Below, one piece after another: positions 1 through 8,130 of a DNA stretch of 35,920 nucleotides (within the stretch, counting starts at the first letter, position 1; every line of letters starts with the position of its first letter). The DNA is from an uncultured Candidatus Saccharibacteria bacterium. Lineage in GTDB: Bacteria; Patescibacteriota; Minisyncoccia; Phycocordibacterales; DATDWN01. The notes under the pieces were generated by a model that ran no database searches, had not been told where the DNA came from, and was given only the letters and a program-made list of their open reading frames with translations. The translations under genes and the position numbers were made by a program. The stretch lies in the NCBI GenBank assembly GCA_964551495.1, contig CAZKCA010000006.1, forward strand, positions 1 to 35,920, in the 5' to 3' direction.

Positions 1-1
1 A

Positions 2-1687
2 ACAAATACTCCTCCAACAATCACTTTAGTTGGAAGCAATCCTATATCAATTACAGTAGGAACACCTTTCACAGATCCAGGAGCAACAGCTACTGATTTG
101 GAAGATGGAAATATTACAAACAAAATAGTTGTAACAGGAACAGTTTCTACTACAACCGTTGGAACTTACACTCTTACATATACAGTTACAGATAGTGGAG
201 GACTTACAGCTTCAACAACAAGAGATGTTATTGTTACAACTGGAGGTGGACCTCAATGTTTGTTACCAGATATAACTTCCCCTCTTACTGCAGAAGTACA
301 AGTTAATTCATCATTTAGTTATACTCTGACCGCTTCTTCTACTGCTACAACAACATTAAACGTTGCAACATCTACACTTCCAGTAGGTCTTACATATTCA
401 AACGGAGTAATATCTGGAACACCTACTGCTGTCGGTACATATAATATAACTTTGGAGGCTTCTAATAGCTGTGGAACAACTACAAAAACTCTGGTTCTAA
501 CAGTTAAAGAAGTTCCTCCACCTGTTTGTGTTGGTTGTGGTGGCGGTTCCGGTGGTGGAGGCGGAGGAGGTGGAGGTAATGGTCCTATAATTCAAAGCCT
601 AACAATATTTAATGAATATGTTCAAGAAATTGAACCGGGAGTGGCTATGGTTACTTGGAATACAAATCTTCCTGCAACAAGGGAGGTTGTATATGGAAAT
701 TCTTCACAAACTAATTTAGGACTAGCTCCTTTGTATGGATATACAAACAATACAGAAAAAATTTCTACACCTCTTTCTACTACTCACAGCATGGTTATAC
801 CTATAGATAGAGATAAAGTATATTACTTTAGACCAATCTCTTCTGACAATTCTAGAACTGTTGTTGGTAAAGAGTTAAATATTACTCGTGGACAAGCTCC
901 TGTGGGCGGATCATGTTTCTACTTGTATGACTTTTTGAGAAAAGATTTCAACAATAATCCTGTTGAAGTTAGAAAACTACAAGTATTTCTAAGGGATCTA
1001 GAAGGATTTACTGATTTACAAGTAACGGGAGTATATGATGATCAGACAATAGTTGCTTTGAATGCTTTTCAAGATAGATATGCTGGAGATATTTTGACAC
1101 CTTGGGGACACGAGGCTCCTACTGGGTATACATATATATTAACAAAGAAGAAAGTTAACGAGATTTATTGTCAGAGAGCTTTCCCTGTTACTCCTCTAGA
1201 ACAACAAGAAATAGATTCATTTAGGGCATTCTTAGAGAGTTTGAGAAGGGCAGGTGTTACAGTAGAAAATAATATTCCAACACCTCCATCTAGTTCTAGC
1301 CCGGTAGAGATTCAAAATCAAATAATCGGTTCTACTGCAGGAACAGAAACTGATACTACTGTTGTGGGTACATCAACAATAACTACATTAGCCGGAGTTA
1401 CTGGAACTACTCAAAATATTATTACTAATCTGACTGCTAACGTATTGCAGAGTGGAAGAAATTTATTGAATTATGTTTTGGGATGGTTTGGTTTCCCTGC
1501 TTCTAGTGTGTTAGAGAACGATTATTCATCTGGAAAATCTTGGTATATCAATTGGGTAATAGTTATAGTTATATTAGCAGTAATAGCTAGTCTATATCTA
1601 TGGTATAAGGAACATAAAAAAAATAAAGAAGAAGAAATTGAACTTAAAAAAATAGAGGAATTGAATAAAGAAATAGATTTGAAATAA
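2..1687 (+). CDS. Cell-surface protein, 5'-truncated by the window edge: Ig-like repeats, poly-Gly linker, FN3-like module, peptidoglycan-binding-like module, C-terminal TM anchor
   Basis: The frame is open from nt 2 (TNTPPTITLVGSNPISITVGTPFTDPGATATDLEDGNIT resembles an Ig-like surface repeat), so the TTG at 98 is internal. LQVFLRDLEGFTDLQVTGVYDDQTIVALNAFQDRYAGD resembles a PG_binding_1 repeat. A hydrophobic WYINWVIVIVILAVIASLYLWY segment lies near the C-terminus, and a hairpin terminator follows. Confidence 0.6.
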   Translation, partial: TNTPPTITLVGSNPISITVGTPFTDPGATATDLEDGNITNKIVVTGTVSTTTVGTYTLTYTVTDSGGLTASTTRDVIVTTGGGPQCLLPDITSPLTAEVQVNSSFSYTLTASSTATTTLNVATSTLPVGLTYSNGVISGTPTAVGTYNITLEASNSCGTTTKTLVLTVKEVPPPVCVGCGGGSGGGGGGGGGNGPIIQSLTIFNEYVQEIEPGVAMVTWNTNLPATREVVYGNSSQTNLGLAPLYGYTNNTEKISTPLSTTHSMVIPIDRDKVYYFRPISSDNSRTVVGKELNITRGQAPVGGSCFYLYDFLRKDFNNNPVEVRKLQVFLRDLEGFTDLQVTGVYDDQTIVALNAFQDRYAGDILTPWGHEAPTGYTYILTKKKVNEIYCQRAFPVTPLEQQEIDSFRAFLESLRRAGVTVENNIPTPPSSSSPVEIQNQIIGSTAGTETDTTVVGTSTITTLAGVTGTTQNIITNLTANVLQSGRNLLNYVLGWFGFPASSVLENDYSSGKSWYINWVIVIVILAVIASLYLWYKEHKKNKEEEIELKKIEELNKEIDLK

Positions 1688-1690
1688 AAA

Positions 1691-1723
1691 GAAGAACCGG
1701 CGATGTGCCGGTTCTTCTTTTTG
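1691..1723. terminator. Bidirectional intrinsic terminator between the surface-protein gene and tsaD
   Basis: GAAGAACCGGC / GCCGGTTCTTC forms an 11-bp perfect stem, flanked by an A-run on one side and a T-run on the other. Confidence 0.75.
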
Positions 1724-1795
1724 TACTTCCTAGAGGATTTTACTAAAATAAACTTTTTTGTCTATTTAAATTGTGGACAATTATTTCTGATTGTT

Positions 1796-2974
1796 TTATT
1801 TATCATCAAGTCTTAAGTTTCCTTTGGCGATTATTTCTGTTTTTGATTTAAGTATTTTTGGGTCGAGTAAATATTTTATAAACCCAGCAAAAGCTATCAT
1901 CAGAGCATTATCTCCGGTCATACCGTTTTTTGGTATTGTCATATTTAAACCAGGGAAGTCATGGGAAACCATATCAAAAAAAGATTGTTGTATGAATTCG
2001 TTCGCTACTACACCTCCAGCAATTATAAGATATTTGTAATCTTTTTGAACCAAAGCTTTTTTTGTTTTAGTTAAAAGAACTTCAGTTACCGCATCTTCAA
2101 ATTCTCTGGCTAAACTGATTTTTTTCTCAGGACTTAAGGTTCCTATATCTCTTATGTAATACAATACAGCTGTTTTGATTCCAGAAAAAGAGAAATCAAA
2201 ATCTTGAGAATTTATCATTGGTCTAGGTAGTATCACTGATCTTTCTAAAGAAGTGTTTTTTCTGGCCTCTTTAGCTAACTTAGATATCTCTGGTCCTCCC
2301 GGATAAGGTAATGCAAGCATTCTAGCTACTTTATCAAAAGCTTCTCCTACAGCATCATCTCTTGTTTGTCCTATTATTTTATATTCTCCCCATTTTTCTA
2401 TATCTATAATTTCAGTGTGTCCCCCTGATATAAGTAGAGCAAGAGCAGGGAATTCAATAGGTTTTATGTTTGTGGATTCTCCTAAAACAGAAGTTATATG
2501 TCCTTCCATGTGATTTATTGGTAACACAGGGGTATTCCAAAGTTTTGATAATGCTTTTGCAAAAGAAATACCAACCCATAAAGCTGGCTCAAGTCCTGGT
2601 CCATAAGTTACAGAAATAAAATCTACTTTTGGGTTTTCTACATTTTCAAATATTTCTCTAAAACTTTCATACAAACCCTCCTCTCTGTGGCATATCTGTT
2701 CAATTTCTTGCCATATTTCTTCGGAGTAATATATTTCTGACTCAACAAATAATTCTGCTTGGACTAGAGATTTTTTCAGAAGGGGAGCTAGGTTTTTGGC
2801 GTGTTCTCTTTTAGCTAAGTTTGGATAAACTCCTCCGTATTCAGCATGTATTGCTACTTGAGAATACAAAGCCTCACCCAAAACTTTTACTTTTGGGTTG
2901 TCTAAATCACCGGAAGCTTCTACTATACCCAAAGCTGTTTCGTCGCAAGATGTTTCAATAGATAGTATTTTCAT
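1796..2974 (-). CDS. tsaD: tRNA N6-adenosine threonylcarbamoyltransferase TsaD (Kae1/Gcp family)
   Basis: N-terminus MKILSIETSCDETALGIVE, the INHMEGHI metal motif and IIAGGVVANE near the C-terminus. At 392 aa it is somewhat longer than typical TsaD. Confidence 0.9.
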   Translation of the reverse strand: MKILSIETSCDETALGIVEASGDLDNPKVKVLGEALYSQVAIHAEYGGVYPNLAKREHAKNLAPLLKKSLVQAELFVESEIYYSEEIWQEIEQICHREEGLYESFREIFENVENPKVDFISVTYGPGLEPALWVGISFAKALSKLWNTPVLPINHMEGHITSVLGESTNIKPIEFPALALLISGGHTEIIDIEKWGEYKIIGQTRDDAVGEAFDKVARMLALPYPGGPEISKLAKEARKNTSLERSVILPRPMINSQDFDFSFSGIKTAVLYYIRDIGTLSPEKKISLAREFEDAVTEVLLTKTKKALVQKDYKYLIIAGGVVANEFIQQSFFDMVSHDFPGLNMTIPKNGMTGDNALMIAFAGFIKYLLDPKILKSKTEIIAKGNLRLDDK

Positions 2975-2976
2975 AG

Positions 2977-3050
2977 TGCGCGTTGAGGAACTCGAATCCC
3001 CGGCCTTCTCAACGTCAATGAGACGCTCTAACCAACTGAGCTAAACGCGC
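2977..3050 (-). tRNA. tRNA-Val (anticodon GAC)
   Basis: Hand-folded cloverleaf on the minus strand: GCGCGTT / AACGCGC acceptor, GCTC/GAGC D-stem, TCTCA-TTGACGT-TGAGA anticodon arm, GGGGA-TTCGAGT-TCCTC T-arm. No CCA is encoded. The tsaD ATG starts 2 nt after the discriminator. Confidence 0.9.
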
Positions 3051-3111
3051 ATTAACACTCTAAAAGTACCAGATTTCGGGTTATTTTGCTAGTGGGTATT
3101 TTCTAATATAC

Positions 3112-3140
3112 TTGCAAGATTTGCTATTTTTTGGTATAAT
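3112..3140 (+). promoter_or_regulatory. Sigma70-like promoter for ORF 3163
   Basis: TTGCAA, 17-nt spacer, TATAAT. AAGGAG RBS at 3151-3156. Confidence 0.6.
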
Positions 3141-3162
3141 ATAGAGTAGAAAGGAGTTTAGC

Positions 3163-3669
3163 ATGTCGTATTTTGCGGTAGGTTACATTCATGGAGGAGA
3201 CGTTGAGGATATGTTAACTTTTTGTGATTTGATCTCTGGAAGTAGAAAGCCGTACCACGCGTATTTTCTAGAGCAAGAACTCTTGAACATAGTACAGTTG
3301 TGGCCAGTATTTCTTCATCAGATGGAGGTTATTGATATTCTGAAGTCTAGTTACAGAAAATCTTTACGGAAACATAGGAAGTTGAAATCTATTGGACCAG
3401 TACCAAATCAAATTCGTAGCTTTGGCCCTGCTTTCAAAATGTTGAGATACAGACCGAATAATTTTAAAACCATAATTACTCTGGATATGAATAAAACACC
3501 GGCGCTTATCTCAGTTCAGGGACACTCTCAAAAAATTGTACATGAACTTGCTAAAAAGGTGGGTATAGGACCAATTTTTGAAGTTAAAGATGACAGTGTT
3601 TTACTTCCAAGTGAAATGCTGGATCTTCAATTCTCTGTTGGTAAGATTTTGCAAATTATTGGTAAGTAG
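3163..3669 (+). CDS. Hypothetical protein (168 aa), no recognisable motif
   Basis: Good promoter and AAGGAG RBS 6 nt before the ATG. Visibly higher GC than neighbouring genes. Lies between tRNA-Val and the tRNA-Glu tail elements. Confidence 0.55.
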   Translation: MSYFAVGYIHGGDVEDMLTFCDLISGSRKPYHAYFLEQELLNIVQLWPVFLHQMEVIDILKSSYRKSLRKHRKLKSIGPVPNQIRSFGPAFKMLRYRPNNFKTIITLDMNKTPALISVQGHSQKIVHELAKKVGIGPIFEVKDDSVLLPSEMLDLQFSVGKILQIIGK

Positions 3670-3819
3670 TTGGATCAACATAAAAAACACTCTTGGGATG
3701 TAAATGATTACAAAACAAGAGTAAGGATCCGCATTAATTTTTAATAGCGGAGTCAAAAAGTAACCGTGTCATATTCAAATAGGAATTATGATGCGGTTTT
3801 TGATTTATATAGCGATTGG

Positions 3820-4003
3820 TGACCTTATGGGGAATCTTCCGCGAGTAAAAATTTTCCGTCGAAAATTTTTCTCGTGTCCGCAGCTCGCGACCCGTCGTGT
3901 TCGACGGGTACCCCGCTCCGCTTTTCGATTCCTCACGAAAACCTATAACATAGGTTTTCTGTAGGGTCATGCAAAAATCGCCTTTCGGCGATTCTGCTTT
4001 GCA
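3820..4003 (-). repeat. tRNA-tail element Glu-2 (CGGAGC...GGTCGCGAG core type), ending in a degenerate third copy of the tRNA-Glu tail
   Basis: Minus-strand order is as follows. First a 15-bp perfect palindrome containing the tRNA tail (3961-3975 / 3998-4012). Then hairpin GAAAACCTATGTTATAGGTTTTC, then GAGGAATCGAA (inverted T-loop), then AAGCGGAGCGGGGTA. Then the CCCGTCG-AACA-CGACGGG hairpin, TCGCGAGCTGCGGACACGAG and the AAAAATTTTC-GACG-GAAAATTTTT hairpin. It ends in GATTCCCCATAAGGTCA (3820-3836, 2 mismatches to the tRNA-Glu tail). Confidence 0.75.
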
Positions 4004-4125
4004 TGACCCTACGGGGAATCGAACCTTACAGGATCAGTACCCCGATTGAGATATTTTATTTCGCAGGCTCATAAAATATCTCAATCGGGCTTCGATTCCC
4101 CAGACTTTTTTACTTCATAAAAATG
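4004..4125 (-). repeat. tRNA-tail element Glu-1 (long AT-hairpin type), ending in an exact 22-nt copy of the tRNA-Glu tail
   Basis: tgaccctacggggaatcgaacc occurs at 4004-4025 and inside tRNA-Glu at 4126-4147. The interior carries GGGGAATCGAAG (inverted T-loop), a 19-bp hairpin CCCGATTGAGATATTTTAT / ATAAAATATCTCAATCGGG, then GTACTGATCCTGTAA. Confidence 0.8.
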
Positions 4126-4197
4126 TGACCCTACGGGGAATCGAACCCCGATTACCGCCTTGAAAAGGCGATGTCCTAACCGTTAGACGATAGGGCC
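4126..4197 (-). tRNA. tRNA-Glu (anticodon TTC)
   Basis: GGCCCTA/TAGGGTC acceptor, TCGCC-TTTTCAA-GGCGG anticodon arm, CGGGG-TTCGATT-CCCCG T-arm. No CCA encoded. Confidence 0.9.
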
Positions 4198-4264
4198 TAC
4201 AACCGCAACATTTTAACATTTTTCTATAAAAATGCAAAAGAAATATAAGTATTACAATATGTCA

Positions 4265-4293
4265 TTGACAAATTTACTTAAATATGATAATAT
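4265..4293 (+). promoter_or_regulatory. Sigma70-like promoter for small ORF 4310
   Basis: TTGACA, 17-nt spacer, TAATAT. GGAGGG follows at 4301-4306. Confidence 0.6.
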
Positions 4294-4309
4294 TAGTGTA
4301 GGAGGGTGT

Positions 4310-4486
4310 ATGCAGGATTATACTGCTTATGCGCGTACTCAGTGTGATTATTTGTACGCACTGACTAAAGCAGGATTTTCTATCCGGGACATTCAAAAGA
4401 TGTCTCCGGAGGAACGGGTTGAGCTCGGCCGACAAGCCTTGCTCGACGAACAGTCCGCCCGCGACGGGCAAAAAAATCCGTCGTGA
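4310..4486 (+). CDS. Small hypothetical protein (58 aa from the internal ATG; the ORF track starts at 4232)
   Basis: GGAGGG RBS just upstream of the ATG at 4310, while the promoter lies inside the longer ORF. A hairpin+T-tract terminator overlaps the stop codon. GC-rich 3' half. Start and central motif (MQDYTAYAR..., MSPEERVEL) resemble ORF 7800. Confidence 0.45.
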   Translation: MQDYTAYARTQCDYLYALTKAGFSIRDIQKMSPEERVELGRQALLDEQSARDGQKNPS

Positions 4487-4594
4487 GGCGGATTTTATTT
4501 TAAAAAATAAACCCACCCAGAATCAATATCTTAACTAGTAAGCATGGGGTCGCACATTTTGTGTGGCCTTTTCTTTTCTGTTACAATTAGAAAA

Positions 4595-5206
4595 ATGAGA
4601 AACTATATTATTATTGGAGTTTTGGTTATTTTCGCTTTGGGGGTTTATTTTTTCTCAAACTCAAGTCCTATAATAAAAAACTACCCTCCAAAAAATGATA
4701 CTATTGTAGCCTTTGGGGACAGTCTGGTTAGGGGAGTTGGAGCAACAAATGGAGAAGGTTTTGTTTTCCTTTTGTCTCAGAAAATTGGAAAACCAATAAT
4801 AAACTTGGGTGTTTCTGGAGACACTACCGCAGAAGGTTTGGCTAGAATAAGCAATGTCACAAAAAGAAATCCGGGGACAGTTCTGGTGTTGCTTGGGGGT
4901 AATGATTATTTGAAAAAAGTTCCCCAAGAGGAAACATTTGAAAATTTGAGAGAGATAATAACTAAACTTCAATCAAATGGTGCTATGGTTGTTTTGCTTG
5001 GCGTGCGCGGGGGAGTTTTGTCTGATAAGTTTGGAAATGATTTTCAATCTTTAGCTAGAGAAACAGGTTCAGTTTATGTGCCAGATGTTTTGGATGGCAT
5101 AATTACAAATAGATCACTTATGTATGATACTGTTCATCCAAACGATAAAGGCTATGCTCTTATAGCAGAAAAGGTCTACGAAAGGGTAGCAAAATACATA
5201 AGGTAA
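4595..5206 (+). CDS. SGNH/GDSL-family hydrolase, membrane-anchored or secreted
   Basis: Blocks AFGDSL, GGNDY and DTVHPN, plus an N-terminal hydrophobic helix. The start is ambiguous (4544 or 4595). Confidence 0.75.
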   Translation: MRNYIIIGVLVIFALGVYFFSNSSPIIKNYPPKNDTIVAFGDSLVRGVGATNGEGFVFLLSQKIGKPIINLGVSGDTTAEGLARISNVTKRNPGTVLVLLGGNDYLKKVPQEETFENLREIITKLQSNGAMVVLLGVRGGVLSDKFGNDFQSLARETGSVYVPDVLDGIITNRSLMYDTVHPNDKGYALIAEKVYERVAKYIR

Positions 5207-6130
5207 CTACTTAGTTTTTAAGTGTATATAGATGTCTTCTAGAGCTCTTACAGCATCTCCGGATGCTATGTTGTTTTGGTGGTAAAGAGCGTCTGTGCAG
5301 TCTCCTGCGGCCCAAATACCAGGTGTTTTGGTTTGCTGGGTTCTTGGGTCTATAGGGATCTGATTTAACTCATTTAAATCTATGACATTTTTTGCAAAAT
5401 AAGTAGTAGGCAAAAGTCCAATCTCTACAAAAATTCCAGGAGTTTCTATAAAATGTTCTTCTTTTGTAATTGCATCTTCATACACTATACCTGTAACAAA
5501 TTTTTCTCCTTTTATTTCTTTTGGAACAGCATTTTTAATTATTTTAAAGTTAGGATTTTCTGAAAGTTTTGATACTGTGATTTCATCACCTTTGAGTTTG
5601 TCACTTCTGTTTAGTAGAGTAACACTTTTGCAATAAGCCAAAAGTTGAGCTGCGCTTTCCAAGGCTGCGTTGCCTCCTCCTATAACCACGACATCTTGCC
5701 CACTAAAAAGAGGACCGTCGCAAGAGGCACAATAGGTAACACCTTTGTTATCAAACTCTTTTGCTCCTGGAATGTCTAATTTTCTTCTATAACTTCCTGT
5801 GGCGATTAGTATTGTTTTTGTAGGGTAATTTGATTTATTTGTTTTAACTTCAAAACCTTCATCCTTTTTTGAAATATCTTCCACTAGTTCACCTTCTTTG
5901 ATGTCTACATATTCTCCAGAATAGGCTCTAAGGTGGGCTTCTAGACTTTTGGCCAGATCGTTACCAGAGATTTTTATTGTTCCAATCCAATTTTCTATAC
6001 CCTCAGAAACTACACTTTGACCACCAAAATCTCCAGTTATTAAAGCAGTTTTTAATTGTTTTCTGGCAGCATAAACTCCAGCTGAAACTCCGGCAGGTCC
6101 ACCACCAATAATTATAAGGTCGTATATCAT
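5207..6130 (-). CDS. trxB: Thioredoxin-disulfide reductase
   Basis: IIGGGPAG and GGGNAA dinucleotide folds, redox-active CASCDG, 307 aa. Confidence 0.9.
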   Translation of the reverse strand: MIYDLIIIGGGPAGVSAGVYAARKQLKTALITGDFGGQSVVSEGIENWIGTIKISGNDLAKSLEAHLRAYSGEYVDIKEGELVEDISKKDEGFEVKTNKSNYPTKTILIATGSYRRKLDIPGAKEFDNKGVTYCASCDGPLFSGQDVVVIGGGNAALESAAQLLAYCKSVTLLNRSDKLKGDEITVSKLSENPNFKIIKNAVPKEIKGEKFVTGIVYEDAITKEEHFIETPGIFVEIGLLPTTYFAKNVIDLNELNQIPIDPRTQQTKTPGIWAAGDCTDALYHQNNIASGDAVRALEDIYIHLKTK

Positions 6131-6202
6131 AGTGCGATAATTATAACAGAATAAGAAATATTTCCAAAAACAAGTGACAATTAAAAAAATAACAGTGAGA
6201 AG

Positions 6203-6285
6203 CGCCAGCCGGAGACACTGTCTGAGCGAAGCGAGTTTGGCGGGAGGTCAGCTTCGAGTGCTTTATTTCACAAAAACCGAGGACG
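6203..6285. repeat. GC-rich 83-nt intergenic repeat, copy A (inverted partner at 18052-18134)
   Basis: About 88% identical by hand count to the reverse complement of 18052-18134; the first 48 nt differ at 2 positions. Lies in the trxB-ftsZ spacer. Confidence 0.85.
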
Positions 6286-6311
6286 ATGAGAAATCAATTG
6301 TTTTTGAAATT

Positions 6312-7463
6312 TTACTTAATCTTTGATCTTCTTAGAAAAGCTGGTACAGATCCCCATTCATCATCTTCATCATCTGTTTTTTCTTCTTTTCTTTCTTCTA
6401 CTTGAGGTGTTGGGACAGAGTTATATATTTTACCCTTATCTTCTTCTTCTTTTTCTTCAAAACTAGGTTTCATTGGTTGGCTCTGGAAAAGAGTTTTCTT
6501 TGTAAAATTTTCTGGGAAGTTTGAAGCAATAACAGTAATTTTTACTTCTCCTTTCTTTAGTTTTTCATCTCTTACTGTTCCAAAGATTATCTTAGCGTTT
6601 GGATCAACAGACTCGGTGATTATTTTAGCTGCGTCTTGTATTTCAAACATTCCTAGATCATCTCCTCCAGCAATAGAAAATAGTAGTCCTTTTGCACCAT
6701 TTATTGAGACTTCCAAAAGAGGTGAGTTTATAGCCATTTTTGCTGCTTCTTCGGCTCTTTTTTCTCCTGTAGCAGTACCAATACCCATAAGAGCTGGTCC
6801 AGCACCTTCCATAACAGCTTTAATGTCTGCAAAGTCTATATTGATTATTCCGGGAGTTGTAATAAGGTCAGAAATACCTTCGACGGCAGATTTCAAAACA
6901 TCGTCACAAATTGCAAAGGCATTTTTTGCTGTAGTTTCTTTTGATATGGAAGAAAGTAGTCTATCGTTTGGTATAACGATTATTGCGTCTACTGCTTGGC
7001 GTAGCTCTTCTAGTCCAGATTCTGCCAATGCCATTCTCTGAGGTCCTTCAAAGAAGAATGGTTTTGTTACAACTGCCACGGTTAGGGCCCCCATTTCTTT
7101 TGAGATTTTTGCTACCACAGGAGCTGCTCCAGTACATGTTCCACCACCTAGTCCACCAGATATAAAAACCATATCTGCCCCCTTTATTGCCTCTTGGATT
7201 TCTTCTCTTGTTTCTTCTACAGCTCTTCTTCCAAGTTCGGGATTCATCCCGGCACCCAAACCTCTTGTTAGGTTTTTTCCTATATGGATTTTTTTCTTTG
7301 ATAGGGAATGATGAAGGTCCTGAGAGTCTGTGTTTACAGCAATAAAATCAACACCTCTTACTTTTGAGTTGATCATGTGGTTCAGAGCGTTTTTTCCAGA
7401 CCCTCCAATACCCAAAACTTTGATTCTTGCGAATGCTTCTACATCAGTTTTTATTTGTGGCAT
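6312..7463 (-). CDS. ftsZ: Cell division protein FtsZ
   Basis: GIGGSGKNA and the GGLGGGTCTGAAPV tubulin signature. Acidic C-terminal tail with a conserved terminal peptide. Confidence 0.95.
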   Translation of the reverse strand: MPQIKTDVEAFARIKVLGIGGSGKNALNHMINSKVRGVDFIAVNTDSQDLHHSLSKKKIHIGKNLTRGLGAGMNPELGRRAVEETREEIQEAIKGADMVFISGGLGGGTCTGAAPVVAKISKEMGALTVAVVTKPFFFEGPQRMALAESGLEELRQAVDAIIVIPNDRLLSSISKETTAKNAFAICDDVLKSAVEGISDLITTPGIINIDFADIKAVMEGAGPALMGIGTATGEKRAEEAAKMAINSPLLEVSINGAKGLLFSIAGGDDLGMFEIQDAAKIITESVDPNAKIIFGTVRDEKLKKGEVKITVIASNFPENFTKKTLFQSQPMKPSFEEKEEEDKGKIYNSVPTPQVEERKEEKTDDEDDEWGSVPAFLRRSKIK

Positions 7464-7557
7464 AATGGTATTTTGTAATTAACTGGCCAGTAAATCGAAC
7501 ATCTTTGTACTAGAAATTCCCCACTATCATAGCAGAAAAGGTCTAAAATAGAAACAA

Positions 7558-7586
7558 TTGACACTGGTTGTCTAAAGGAGTATAAT
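7558..7586 (+). promoter_or_regulatory. Consensus sigma70 promoter
   Basis: TTGACA, 17-nt spacer, TATAAT (perfect hexamers), about 200 nt upstream of the likely start at 7800. Confidence 0.65.
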
Positions 7587-7799
7587 TAAATTTAGAAAAG
7601 TGAGAATCTGCCAAGTTTTTGGCCGATTTTTGCCGTTTGTTGAAAGGAAAACAGAGAGATGCAGGAAATTTCTGGATCAGGTCCAGTTGTCCTAAACGTA
7701 GGATTCGACCCGACGAATTTCGTTGTGGCGGCGGCGCCAATCCGTCGTGGTGGCGCAAAACAAAAGAGTCACCATGGCTCTATCCACATGAGGGGTATC

Positions 7800-8099
7800 A
7801 TGCAAAATGATGCCTATGGTCGGGAGGAAACTCCAGAACAGGAGCAAGAACAGGAGCAGACTCCTGAATGGAAGATTTTGGGACTTATGTCCCCAGAAAA
7901 AGTCTTTGAACTTCTCAGTGAGCAGAAAATGACTCTCCTCACTGAAGTTCAAAAAGACATTCTGATGCAGTATGTCGCGTTTGAAGGGCGTGTCTCCGGC
8001 ATTCGTTTGCATACCGGGGATTGTCACAGAGGTGCTTGCATCGTGATGGCGCTTCGTCGCGCTATCGATTTGATTTCAGAAGAGGAGCAAGTCAACTAA
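7800..8099 (+). CDS. Small acidic hypothetical protein (about 99 aa; the ORF track starts at 7659)
   Basis: GAGGGG lies 4 nt before the ATG at 7800. The upstream 47 codons of the tracked ORF cover a GC-rich hairpin-rich leader. A strong terminator follows at 8131-8163. GC is well above the local background. Confidence 0.5.
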   Translation: MQNDAYGREETPEQEQEQEQTPEWKILGLMSPEKVFELLSEQKMTLLTEVQKDILMQYVAFEGRVSGIRLHTGDCHRGACIVMALRRAIDLISEEEQVN

Positions 8100-8130
8100 G
8101 GCTTGAAAGGGGGCCTTGGTCACAAGCTTA

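Noticed and set aside
535-585. GGT/GGA-rich tract as a possible slippage repeat or phase-variation site
   Set aside because: It is in-frame coding for a poly-Gly linker (GCGGGSGGGGGGGGGNG) built from mixed Gly codons, not a homopolymer or perfect microsatellite.
3734-3970. 78-aa minus-strand ORF in the tRNA-Glu tail region
   Set aside because: It runs entirely through tail element Glu-2 and the degenerate tRNA tail copy. It has no RBS and its translation reads like repeat sequence.
3820-4197. tRNA introns, or split or permuted tRNA genes, as the explanation for the extra sequence
   Set aside because: All eight tRNAs fold as complete uninterrupted cloverleaves. The extra material lies 3' of the discriminator, not in the anticodon loop or elsewhere inside the tRNA.
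6616-7041. 141-aa plus-strand ORF, and similar antisense ORFs (1791-2039, 23964-24506, 31745-32140, 32723-33031, 27042-28601 group)
   Set aside because: They lie fully inside, and antisense to, strongly supported genes (ftsZ, tsaD, the SPFH-like gene, clpB, infB). They are low-complexity shadow ORFs.
7659-7799. N-terminal extension of the ORF tracked from 7659
   Set aside because: The extension covers the hairpin-rich GC leader, has no RBS and has an odd composition. The ATG at 7800 has a GAGGGG RBS.
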